From assembly GCF_001194135.2 (NCBI RefSeq), contig NC_069005.1:15418654-15482653 (forward strand): a DNA stretch of 64,000 nt. Reading direction: 5' to 3'. This DNA is from Octopus bimaculoides. Taxonomy: Eukaryota. Each line of letters begins with the position of its first letter. The first letter of the stretch is position 1. This document shows positions 39,543 through 51,710 of the stretch, one piece after another. Under the pieces are notes generated by a model. The model saw only the letters and a program-made list of their open reading frames with translations, was not told the DNA's origin and did not search any database. The translations under genes and the position numbers were made by a program.

Positions 39543-40216
39543 NNNNNNNNNNNNNNNNNNNNNNNNNNNNNNNNNNNNNNNNNNNNNNNNNNNNNNNNNN
39601 NNNNNNNNNNNNNNNNNNNNNNNNNNNNNNNNNNNNNNNNNNNNNNNNNNNNNNNNNNNNNNNNNNNNNNNNNNNNNNNNNNNNNNNNNNNNNNNNNNNN
39701 NNNNNNNNNNNNNNNNNNNNNNNNNNNNNNNNNNNNNNNNNNNNNNNNNNNNNNNNNNNNNNNNNNNNNNNNNNNNNNNNNNNNNNNNNNNNNNNNNNNN
39801 NNNNNNNNNNNNNNNNNNNNNNNNNNNNNNNNNNNNNNNNNNNNNNNNNNNNNNNNNNNNNNNNNNNNNNNNNNNNNNNNNNNNNNNNNNNNNNNNNNNN
39901 NNNNNNNNNNNNNNNNNNNNNNNNNNNNNNNNNNNNNNNNNNNNNNNNNNNNNNNNNNNNNNNNNNNNNNNNNNNNNNNNNNNNNNNNNNNNNNNNNNNN
40001 NNNNNNNNNNNNNNNNNNNNNNNNNNNNNNNNNNNNNNNNNNNNNNNNNNNNNNNNNNNNNNNNNNNNNNNNNNNNNNNNNNNNNNNNNNNNNNNNNNNN
40101 NNNNNNNNNNNNNNNNNNNNNNNNNNNNNNNNNNNNNNNNNNNNNNNNNNNNNNNNNNNNNNNNNNNNNNNNNNNNNNNNNNNNNNNNNNNNNNNNNNNN
40201 NNNNNNNNNNNNNNNN

Positions 40217-40217
<1 letters not shown>
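39543..40217. other. Assembly gap
   Basis: N run. Confidence 1.
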
Positions 40218-40276
<59 letters not shown>

Positions 40277-41238
40277 TATATATACACATGCATACACAGA
40301 ATTTGGCTTGTCTGTTCTTGTCAAACTGTACAACCCATGCCAGCATGGAAAAAAAGGGCATTAGATGATGATGGTGATATATGTATATAAATTTATCCAT
40401 TATTCAAAGACACAGGACAGATAATCTATGAAGAACAAGAAATAGCTGCCAGATGGAATTAAACTCAGATGTTTTATTAGGTATACAAAGCAGTGAATTT
40501 GCAGAGTTATTTCAGGTTGGGGAGAATAATACCTCATGATATTTCTTCTGACTCTCAGTGTTCTGAGTTCAAATCTCACTAGGGCCAACTTTGCCTTTCA
40601 TATCTTGTGTTCAAAAAAGATGATTTTGATTGCACAGCTTTGAGAAAACCAAATATGCCATTGGTTAGTCTGAAATCACAGTGATGAAACTACAGAGCTT
40701 TGTGTTAGAAAGGGTGGACCCAGCCAGATGTGATAATCGATTTAATGAAGCTACTGACCTTGATATGGGTAGCAATCAAAAGTGAAAGTAGATTTGCCTG
40801 TCTTTCATCTTTTACTCATTGCAGTCATTAAACTGTAGCTATGCTGGGGCAACATCTTGAAGAATTTTCTTTTAGTCTGATGGACTGACTCCAGTACTTT
40901 TTCTTTTACTGAACAGCTAAATTATAGGGACATAAACAAACCAACAAAGGTGTCAAGCTGCAGTGGGGGACAAACACAGACACAAAGACACACACACATA
41001 TGCAATGAGATTCTTTCAGTTTCTGTCTACCAAATCCATTCACAAGGTTTTGTTTAGCCTGAGGCTATAGTAGAAACCCAAGGTGCCATGCAGTGGGGCT
41101 GAACCCAAAGCCATGTGGCTGAAAAGAAAACTTCTTACCACATAGCCACTCCTGCACCTATATTGAGTACTCAGTATTTCTTATGTACCATTCTTAGAGA
41201 AAACAGAAGAAGTTATTAAAAACAGATAATGAATATGT

Positions 41239-41270
<32 letters not shown>

Positions 41271-43282
41271 TGATCTTCTGATCAAACCAAAGAAGCTATG
41301 TTTGCATTGTTTCTTTTTTTTTTATAGTTGATACAATGCATCAATCATAACATCTGAAAGAAGAGTCAACTTTTAACTGAGAAATCTTATAAATATCTCA
41401 ATATTCACAAGTGTGTCTGGCAGTGAGGGAGCAGAATCATTAGAATGCCTGGCAAAATGCTAAACAACATTTCATCCATCTTTATGTTCAAGTTCAAATT
41501 CCGCTGAGGTCAATTTTGCCTTTCATCCTTCTGGGGTCAATAAAATAAGTACCAGTAGTGGACTGAAGTTGATGTAATTAGTCAATCTCCCTCTCCCCAA
41601 ATTTCATGCTCTGTGCCTATAGTAGAAAGGATTATTATAATTATTATTGTTATTATTATTATTATTAAAGAGGTGAGCTAGTGGAATCATTAGCACACAC
41701 TGGGGGAAATAGTGAGCAACACCTCATCCATCTTTATGTTCTGAATTCAAATTCCGTTGAGATCAACTTTGTTATTCATCCTTTCAGGGGTTGATAAAAT
41801 AAGTACCAGTTGAGCACTGGGGTTAATATCAACTTACCCACTCTCCTGAAATTGCTGGCCTTGTATGAAAATTTGAAATGAATATTCACAAGCATAGAAA
41901 AGGCACCTGATAAGGTCCCAAATACTCTTCTTATAGTCTGAGGAACAATAATGGGCACAAGAAAGGCTGCGCAATTAAGAAGTTAACTTCTAAATCACGT
42001 AATTTCAGGTTCCATCTCACAGTGCAGCACCTTGGACAAATGTCTTCTACTATAACAAGACCTTGTGTGTAGAATTATGCATAAGGAAACTATGTGGAAG
42101 CCTGTCAAAAGGACTGTTTGTGTTTTTGGGTATTAGGCTTAATCCATTAATGAGTTTAACACCATCATATGGTCGGTCCTTGATGTCTACAATGGAGTGC
42201 ATGCATTTGCAAGCCTTTGGGCCAGGTTATTGGTGTAAAAATATCTTCCTCCATCTCTCCAATTATCCCCACAGGCCCTAAAAAAATGTCACACTAACTT
42301 CTCTTACTCCTCTGACCAAGCCATTAAAAAAGTGAGCCAAGTATAGCTGAATGATCTAAGGTTGAAGTAGAGTTTAGAATTAGTGGAAGCAATCATAATC
42401 AGCAGAATATATGAGAATCTGTCTAGTGTTGAAACCTCACTAAATGTACACTCAATATGCTCTAAAAAGCAGTTGGTGTTAGGAAGGGCATTCAGCCATA
42501 GAAACCAAGCCAAAATTGGTATGTGTGAACTAGATGTGATTCTCTGACCTTTCGAGGAGGGTAGCAGCTCTAAATAAGGACTTGGACTTGGGAACCCATC
42601 TAACTCAAGCCAGTATGAGAAATGAACATAGAAACAAGGATGATGATAAAAACAATTTCAAAGTTTGGCATCAGATTGGCCATGGGAAATTTAGCAGACA
42701 AGTGATGTCAACCAAGGGCCTGTCCTATTCTGTGTCTTCTTTTTTCCAAGTTCTTATGGTCAACAGATAGGAGTTAGTTCAAGACTGGGTGTTGACCTGT
42801 GTTTTATGATAATTTGCAGGAAAAAGTAAAACAATGATTATATCTATGTGTGTGTGTGTGTGTGTGTGTGCGTGTTTATACTGACTATTAAAATCTCGTC
42901 TTTTAGCAATTATTCATAACTAAAAATGGGATTAAATAGACTGGAAAACTGATATTAACAATGATTCATTGCCTCAGTTATTGAGATGTTTAAGGAAAAA
43001 TAAAGTTTGCAGCTAAATAGTTGAGACGCCTGACAATAAACATAGACCAAGTTTAAAGTGGCATTTAGTGATGGGGGGAGGGTAATACAATCTACCAGCT
43101 TGAGAGAGAGAAGGAGAGAGAAACAATGTGTGTGCGTGTGTGCATGTACATATTGCTAAAGATGTTATACAATAAGTGCAGGAACTAAAGTTAATTCCAT
43201 GACAACAGATGATAGAGTGAGGATAAAAAAGACAAAATGCAAAATAATCTAGACGGATTAGTTAGTAACTGGAACTAGAGGA

Positions 43283-43315
<33 letters not shown>

Positions 43316-43751
43316 TGTGTGTGTGTGTAGTGGTGATGGTGTAGTGGCAGTGAGATGGTGGGGGGTGTGGACAGACATTGCTGGTAGCCCTCACTTATGT
43401 TTTTGGAACAGTGAATCTTGAAGGAGATAAAGCTATAAATAATAGCATGTAAATATTGAGTAAAAAAACCCTTTTATAACACAATATTTACATACTATTA
43501 TTTATAGATTTATCTGATTCAAGATTCACTGTTCCAAAGAAGAATTATTTCATGTTCTCAAAGTTTCTAAATTTCTAAAACATCAACAATATACACACAC
43601 CTAATTGTGTGGTAAGAAACCTACTTCTCAACCACATAGTTCAGGGTTCAGTCCCACTGTGTGTCACATAGGTGAAATGTCTTCTATTATAGCCTCAGGC
43701 TGACCAAAGCCTTCTGAGCAGAGTTGGTAGATGGAAACTGAAAGAAGCCTG

Positions 43752-43797
<46 letters not shown>

Positions 43798-44377
43798 TGC
43801 TTAACATCCACTTTTACATGCTTGCATGAGTTGAATGGAATTTATTGAGATAGAATTTCTACAGCCTGAAGCCCTTCCTGTTGCCAACACCCTCACTTGT
43901 TTCCAAGCAAATTTATATTCCCCATGACCAGACAGGTTTTCACAGACGATTGGAAGTGAAAGAGACCATCTCCATGGTGATAGCACTCATTTACAGCTAT
44001 CACATGAAGTCAAGGCAAGAAGACAGTAATACAAGCTCACACGATTGGAGGCACATGGTCTTAGTGCTCCAGGGGTTTGGATATTGAATGCAAGGTCGAA
44101 GTTTAGATTTGCAGACCAGTTGGCACAAAATGATTCAAGTGTTTGGATGTGTGTGTCCTTGTGTTTAATTTAATCCTCTGTCCTATGACAGGTTTCTTTC
44201 AGTTTCTGTGCACCAAATTCACTCACAAGACTTTAGTTGGCTCAGGACCACAGTAGAAGACTTGCTCAAGGTGCCACAATGGGACAGAACCATGCAATTG
44301 GGAAGCAAATTTCTTAACACATAGATACATCTGCACTTGCATGCTAAATGATATATCATTATTATTTATGACTTTAA

Positions 44378-44595
44378 TCCTTTAGCATTTAAACCAGCCA
44401 TATCTGGCAAAAACATTCTACTTGTTTTATGTTTAAACTGGCCAGATTTAGCCTTTTGCACCTATCCTACAATGTCATTCTAAAAATATAGTCACATCAT
44501 CAAAATCTCAAAGTCACAAGATAATACATGATTAATTCAAAACAATGTGAATAAATAAGCATTACATTTGTCAGAGTAATCTGAGTACTGAAGGG
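44378..44595. mobile_element. piggyBac-type MITE, about 220 bp
   Basis: TTAA flanks with (c)cctttagcatt...aaggg ends. Related copies at about 1611-1823, 12400-12843, 47113-47380 and 57304-57520. Confidence 0.75.
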
Positions 44596-44686
44596 TTAAG
44601 CTTTCCAAGCACACACGGGTTGGATGGTTTGACAATGCTCTTTTGGTGTAGTTTCTATAGCTCCATGCCTTCCTAACACCAACGAC

Positions 44687-45008
44687 TTCATGAGTGTACC
44701 AGATTTTATTTCAGGACACCAGAACTTACTGAAGTTACCAAGTAACCTACAAAACCAAAGTACTCTACACTGCAGTTCCTGCCCTTCCATGGTCAATCAG
44801 GTCTTTGCGCCCAAAATGTAAAGGTTTTTTTAGAACTTGAGTGTACTGGGTGCTTCCATTTTTTTCAAAGCACCAAAACTTATTAAAGTTACCAAGTAAC
44901 TTACTAAACTAAAGTACTCTGCTCACCAGTTCCTGCTCACCAGTTCCTGCTCTCCTCACAGTCGACCAGATCTTTGCACCCAAAATATAAAGGATTTAAA
45001 AAAAACTT
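44687..45008. repeat. Diverged tandem duplication, unit about 150 bp
   Basis: aagttaccaagtaac...aaagtactct...cagttcctgc...tctttgc.cccaaaat occurs twice. Confidence 0.8.
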
Positions 45009-45087
45009 TCTGCATTATAAGAAGCTGTCCTTATTTCTCATTTCAGTCATTTTTCTACTTCTATACTACAATGCTTCAAGTGAACTA

Positions 45088-45270
45088 CAGGAATCCTTCA
45101 CCATATTGCAGTTCACCTATTGCGGATTTTTCTGGCTAATATATGTAAATATATATTGCGGCCTCTCAGTATATCCGGGTTTCTGCGGCTGATAGGTATA
45201 TTTTTTTAGATTTTAATTATTTCTGTGGGAGATTTTGGAATGCAACACCTGCAATAATCAAGGATTAGTG
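45088..45270. mobile_element. Short pogo/Tigger-like MITE
   Basis: Imperfect TIRs TA-caggaatccttcaccatattgc / gcaataatcaaggattagtg. Subfamily assignment is an inference. Confidence 0.5.
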
Positions 45271-45629
45271 TGTAAGAAGTCTTAAAAAAAGTTTCAATTA
45301 TAATATGATGCATTCTTCTTTCAAAATTTGTGTCTCATACCAAAGTTAGATGTAGTCATCCCCATTGCCTTCTTTTTACATCTGCTTTTCATTTTGGTAT
45401 GGGTTAGATGAGTTATCAAAGTCCAACTCAGTTTTTTTGGTGGGGTGGGGCTACTGTCCTCCTAGATGAGCCACAAAACCAGGTTTTTCCAGTTTTGAAA
45501 TGGTTTCCTTCATTGGATACCCTTACAAGCAACAAAATGTACTCAATTATATTTTTGGTGTGGTGCCATCACTAAAGAGAGTTCATACTTCAACAATCCT
45601 TGTTTGATTTTGCAGTGTCTCAACTCACT

Positions 45630-46170
45630 GAAGGTTGTGTGAGTATAAAAGAAAGAGAGAGAGAGAGAGAGAGAGAGTGGGGGGAGGAAAAAGAAAGCTA
45701 GAGTAAGTGGGTAGGAGGAGTGAGGATATGATGACAATGGGAGGAGGGAATAGGGTGGTTGGAGTGTGTAGGGAAGGGGTAAGACTAACAACGCTGAGGG
45801 TGAGTAACGAAAGAGAGAGGGTATGGGAGAGAGGAGGGTGAGAGGGGATAGAGAGGAGGAGAGGGAGAGATAGAGAGGAGTATGGGAGGGAGGGGTATGG
45901 GAGAATGAGAGAAAGAGAAGGAAAGACAAAGAAAGAGTGGAAAGAAAGAGAAAGAGTGGAAGGAGAGAAAGAGAAAACCGAGAAAGAGTGGAAGGAGAGA
46001 GAAAGAGAGAGAGAGAGAAAAATGGGAAGGAGAGAAAGAGGAGAGTGAAAGAAAGAGATATAGATAAAGAGAGAGAGAAAAGAGGAAGGAAAGAAAGAGA
46101 AGATGAGAGAGAAAGAGAGACATAAAGATAGATAGATCAATAGAGAGATAGAGAAGGACAGAGACAGAGC
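45630..46170. repeat. Long GA-rich low-complexity tract
   Basis: Purine-rich plus strand. Produces spurious L/S/P and E/R/K ORFs. Confidence 0.95.
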
Positions 46171-47112
46171 AATGGCTGCTGTTGTTACATCATCATTATT
46201 TAGTATTCAAGAACGGCAGAACCACTAAACAGAAGCTCCATCTTTGAATGTATAGATTCAAAGATGGAATGATCTTTAACATTTACAGACTGTGACACTA
46301 TGATTATCTTAAACTCTCTTTTATATATCTATATTTTCAACATAAGATGATTGATATGTTAACAATGGCAGTTGTATATCATTTCAGTATTAATAATTAC
46401 CAATACAACGACAAACAAATACCGAAACATGCTACAATGATTTTTAACTCAATTGTGAAATTTCTTAGCTGCTTGTCTTTGCATAGCATTACAGTCATTT
46501 GATATTACCATTTTGCCCTACCAAATTGGCACTGCTTATATTAGCTATTAAAGTACTATTATCATTCTTATCAAGTAGAAGAATTACATCAATTTCATTT
46601 GGCATAAGTTGTGTTTTAAAGTTCTTCTAAATGCTGTGATTGATGTTAGAATTATTAATGGCAGTGAACTAGCAGAGTTGTTAGAATACAGGACAAAATG
46701 TTTTGCCATATTTAGAAGTAGTTCTTTACATTCTGAGTTCAAATACTATCAAAGATCAACTTTACTTCCCATCAGTTTTTTTGGGGTGTTTGTGTGTGGG
46801 GGGGATAGATAAAATACCAGTAGAGTTCTATGGGTGTATATATATGCATGTGTGTGTATCTTTGTATCTACTTTATATCCAATGTTGGAATTTTAATGCC
46901 CTTGTCACTTAGCAGTTTAGCAAAAGAGACTTAAAATAAGCACTAAAGTTCAATTTGTGCAACTAAACACTTCATGGTGGTGCTCCAGCATGGCCACAAT
47001 CTAATGACTGAAACAAGTATGAAATAAAAGATGCTCTGTAATATTTTCATTAAAAAATTGCACTCTTTTCTCAAACCACTTCAGGGTGAAATTTAAAGCA
47101 TCAAGGCATTAA

Positions 47113-47380
47113 CCCATGAGCATTTAAACTGACCATATCCGGCCCAAACCCATGAGCATTTAAACTGACCATATCCGGCCCAAATATTCTACCAGTTTTA
47201 CATTCAAAATGGCCATATCTAGCATCTCACACCCATCCAGTACTGACATTCAAAAAAATAAACAGTCACCTCACTGAAACCTCAAAGATATGAGATAATG
47301 CATAAGTAATACAAAATTATATGAATAAATAAACATAACATTTAACAGAGTAATCTGAATGCCAAATCATCGCTAAAGGG
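47113..47380. mobile_element. piggyBac-type MITE copy with a perfect 36-bp tandem duplication at its left end
   Basis: TTAA flanks. aacccatgagcatttaaactgaccatatccggccca occurs twice (47111-47182). Confidence 0.75.
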
Positions 47381-47991
47381 TTAATTCAAAACTTAACAGT
47401 AAGTATGCCATAGAAATTCTAAATGATGTTCTTTAACAGCAATTCTCTCCTGGAGCTGAATTGTCACAGCGAAAATATAAAAAACCAAATAATAACAATG
47501 GGGGATATTTCAAGAAGCTAAAGAGAAATATAATATATAATGAAACAACATAATATTATTGCATGTAGAAGAAAAGCCATATGTAACTTATGAGATTAGT
47601 TATTAAATTTCTATTTAAAACATCTTGTTTGCTTCTATTCAATTTTTGTTTTTTATTATAATTATTTTGAGTGAGCAACAGAAGAGAAGCAGGTGTATTA
47701 AAAATGTTCTGTTTTAATTTGAAATATCGCAATAATGAATTTGCAAAATGTTCTCTTTCCTTCGCTCTCTCTATTTCCCTAAAGAGCTATTAAAATAAAA
47801 GTGGAAGTGGGAAAAGAACTCCCTGCCTCTTCTAACTAACTCTGTATACATCTAAAATATTTACCATGCTGATTTCTTCAGATACCAAATTGATATTAAT
47901 TATGAAGACAGGCAACAGTTGAAAACATAAATAAAATAGCATTAAAGAGAACAGAAAAAGGAAGAGTCTTATTTTTTCAATAATTGCTTAC

Positions 47992-48006
47992 TCAACCGTT
48001 CATTGT
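47992..48006 (-). CDS. RIMBP2: Candidate 15-nt microexon of RIMBP (adds DNERL, next residue D to N)
   Basis: ttttagtttcccag|ACAATGAACGGTTGA|gtaagc. Open only in phase 1, the phase of all flanking linker introns; phases 0 and 2 contain TGA. Confidence 0.6.
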   Translation of the reverse strand, partial: TMNG

Positions 48007-48507
48007 CTGGGAAACTAAAACTGGGAGAAGTTTAAGGCGCCATAATAGCTGCAGCAGTAGTAGAGAAGATGATTTTGTTTATGAAGTATGAATAAAGATG
48101 ACAATTATAATCTGATTAGAGAAGATAAATTAGTTTACATTCAAAACATAATATGTCTTTTCAGATTTCAGAGGATTCTGTATTAAAAATTCTTTTATGT
48201 TTTACTTGTTTCAGTCATTAGACTGCGGCCATGCTGGGGCATCGCCTTGAAGAATTTTTAGTTGAATGAATCAAATCCAGAACATTTTTTTTTGAAGCCT
48301 GGTGCTTATTTTATCAGTTTCTTTTGTCAAGCCACTATGTTACAGAATGTAAACACACCAACACAGGTTGTCAAAGGGTGGTGGGGGACAAACACTGACA
48401 CATAGACATATACACAACAGGCAAGTGGCTTCTACAATAGCCCTGGGCTGACCAAAGCCTTGTGAGTGGATTTGGAACTCAGAAACCAAAAGAAGCCTGT
48501 TGTATGC

Positions 48508-48539
<32 letters not shown>

Positions 48540-48589
48540 ATACAACCATGCCAGCAGGGACAGCAGATGTTAAATGATGCTGATGATGA

Positions 48590-48645
<56 letters not shown>

Positions 48646-51400
48646 GTGTGTCTATGCGTGTTTGTGTCTCCTCGTCTTGATGTTGCATGAATGTTGTAGA
48701 TGCATGTCACTGTCATACAAGCTGTAACATTAATTTTCAATATTCTGCAAAATCATATCTAGCCATGGGGCTAGTGAGGGTTGGTGACAGGAAGGGTATC
48801 CAGCCCATAAAATAATCTGCCTCAAATAAATCCCATGAATCCATGCAAACATGGAAACTGGACATTAAATGATATGATGATGAAACATTAAACAAAAGTG
48901 AAATATTGGTCACGAATAGCCATGGGATTACACCTAGAAAATTACCCCCTGAGGCACAAGTCCAGGCAAGGTTGTTTATGGAAGACTAGCAGTCGCTCAT
49001 ACATACCAGCCACCCCTCTCCATACCACTAATGTTATCCAAGGGAAAGGTAACAGCCAATACAGCTTGGCACCAGAGATGTCGCAACTCATTTCTACAGC
49101 TGGGTGAGCTGGAGCAATGTGAAATAAAGTACCTTGCTCAAGAAAACAACACAGCCTGGTCTAGGAATTGAACTCACTACCTTATGATTGTGAGCCTGAT
49201 GCTCTAACCACTGAGCCATGTGCCTTCATCACATACAGACACAACAATCTTCAAGCAATCTCCATCTACCCAAATTCCTTACAAAGCATTCGTTAGCCTA
49301 GAGGCATAGAAGAGTTATCTAAGCTGCCACAAAGTGGGGCTGTTCCCCAATTTATATGGTTGCAGAGTCAACTCTGACAAACAGCCAAACCAGCACACAC
49401 ACACACAAACAAGTGAGCACACATATAAACACATCTATATTCATGCACACACATACACATGTCATTTGGGAGATAGAACAAGAATATTTAAACAAAATTA
49501 CATCAACATGCATCTCCTGCAATATTCTGAATCAATCAATTAATCAATACATCTATTAATCTATCGAGTTAAAATAACCGATTACGTGAGTTCTGAAAAG
49601 CCAAGATTTACTGGCAAACTGCTCTATGCAGTGGTACTCAACTAGAAATTTATGGTAAAATACAAACCAGAGCAACTGCTCTGCTACTGCTGCTACAACT
49701 GACTTACTTCACAAATTTTGTCAAAGTGTGGAAACGCAAACTTCAGGGTTAGATTTCTGGTAGACATCTGCTTTAAGCACCTCATATAACTCCTTTATAA
49801 CTATTTAATTTTTTGGAATGTTCAAAAATTTTTTGTGAAGTTGTGTTCTATACACAGGAATTCATACAATTATGCAAAATTAAAAAAAAATTCTATGTGT
49901 GATTTAAAGGCAATTTAGCTGTTATTTTCAGCACATCTCATAACCACCTGATACCTTCCTTGTTTCTTTGTCACTCTGACATGTATTGATGTTTTTCTCT
50001 ACTTTTCTCTCCCTAAACACATTTAATGAAATGATGATGCATCCAAGGGTGGTCCATTGCTGGGATTTAAACTCTGATTTTAAAAGAAAATTTGAGAGTG
50101 GAACTTTTAGGATTTCTGAGGTGGGGGAGGAGAATCAAAAATATTTTAATTTGTTTCTCATCATTGTATGGATTCCCATGTGTAGAACACAAATCCACAA
50201 GAATTTTCTGAAAATTCCAGAAAATAAAAAAAAGATACAATGGGTTATATGGGGGGCTTAAACCAGAATTCCACCAGATTTCCTTCAGAAAAATTAAACC
50301 CCAAAATTAATCACATGACTTCAAAGCATTCACTCCAGCCAGTGTCAGTGACACTCTTAGTCTGTTGATCCATTAGATCCCAGTGATCTGTCATTTCTCA
50401 AACTCTCTTAATCCCTTACTAATCCTCATTATCTCTCATACACTACTATATAGACATTGTAATCCTTCATTGTTATTTAATCTCTCAATCATAAGTTCCA
50501 TCTTTGGTTGATAGCAAATGTTGCCACTATACCATTCAGCAATGTAGGAAATTTAGGCCTGGCTGTCTGGTTAAGAGGCTTGTTTTGCAATCACATGGTT
50601 TTGGGTTCTGTCCACTGTGTGGCACCTTAGGCAAACCAATGTTTTGTGAGTGGATTTGATAGATGGAAACTGTGTGGAAGCCTATCATATGTATGTGTGT
50701 GTATATATATACATATATATAATAGTGAGTTTGGAGGGATGTATTATCCAGGCGGACACCATATTAGCTCTCAGTTATGTTCCAGTTAATGGCTAACCAC
50801 AACAATCAGTGACTAAAATTAATTGTTATTCACTCCTTGAATTCTTCTGATGGGTAATTCTGTGTACTCTTTGCAGGACAGTAAAAATTGTCTGGAGTAT
50901 ATATCTATATAAAAGAGAGAGAGAACGTGTGTGTATGTGTGTGTTCCTTATGCATTTGAAAATTGAGTTGCTGATTTTGACATATGGGGTATCAAAAGAT
51001 TCAGTAATCTTTCGGCTACCAAATAAACTTTATTTTCAGTCACATATTTTCTACGTTATCTCAACAACTCATCATCATCATCATTTAACGTCTGTTTTCC
51101 ATGCTGGCATGGGTTAGACGGTTTGACTGGGGGCTGGCATGCCAGGAGGGCGCATCAGGCTCCAATCTGATCTGGCAATGTTTCTACAGCTGGATGCCCT
51201 TCGTAACGGCAACCACTCTGAGAGTGTAGTGGGTGCTTTTTACATGCCACCAGCACGGGAGCCAGTCAGGTTCATATATATGACGGGCTTGTTTCAGCTT
51301 CCATCCACCCACAAGGCCACAACGACCAGGTTTCATTAGAAAGTGAAAATAGTTTCACACTTTCAATTTGAAACAAAATTACAAAGAGTTGCATTATAAG

Positions 51401-51710
51401 NNNNNNNNNNNNNNNNNNNNNNNNNNNNNNNNNNNNNNNNNNNNNNNNNNNNNNNNNNNNNNNNNNNNNNNNNNNNNNNNNNNNNNNNNNNNNNNNNNNN
51501 NNNNNNNNNNNNNNNNNNNNNNNNNNNNNNNNNNNNNNNNNNNNNNNNNNNNNNNNNNNNNNNNNNNNNNNNNNNNNNNNNNNNNNNNNNNNNNNNNNNN
51601 NNNNNNNNNNNNNNNNNNNNNNNNNNNNNNNNNNNNNNNNNNNNNNNNNNNNNNNNNNNNNNNNNNNNNNNNNNNNNNNNNNNNNNNNNNNNNNNNNNNN
51701 NNNNNNNNNN
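51401..51710. other. Assembly gap
   Basis: N run. Confidence 1.

Noticed and set aside
45560-45612. Acceptor after the 500-nt pyrimidine tract (ELRHCKIKQGLLK)
   Set aside because: Open only in phase 2, with TGA in phase 1; the tract is a simple repeat.
49708-49770. Perfect GTAAGT donor preceded by MSTRNLTLKFAFPHFDKICE
   Set aside because: Ends in phase 0 and has a stop in phase 1, so it cannot join the phase-1 downstream exons; no good acceptor.
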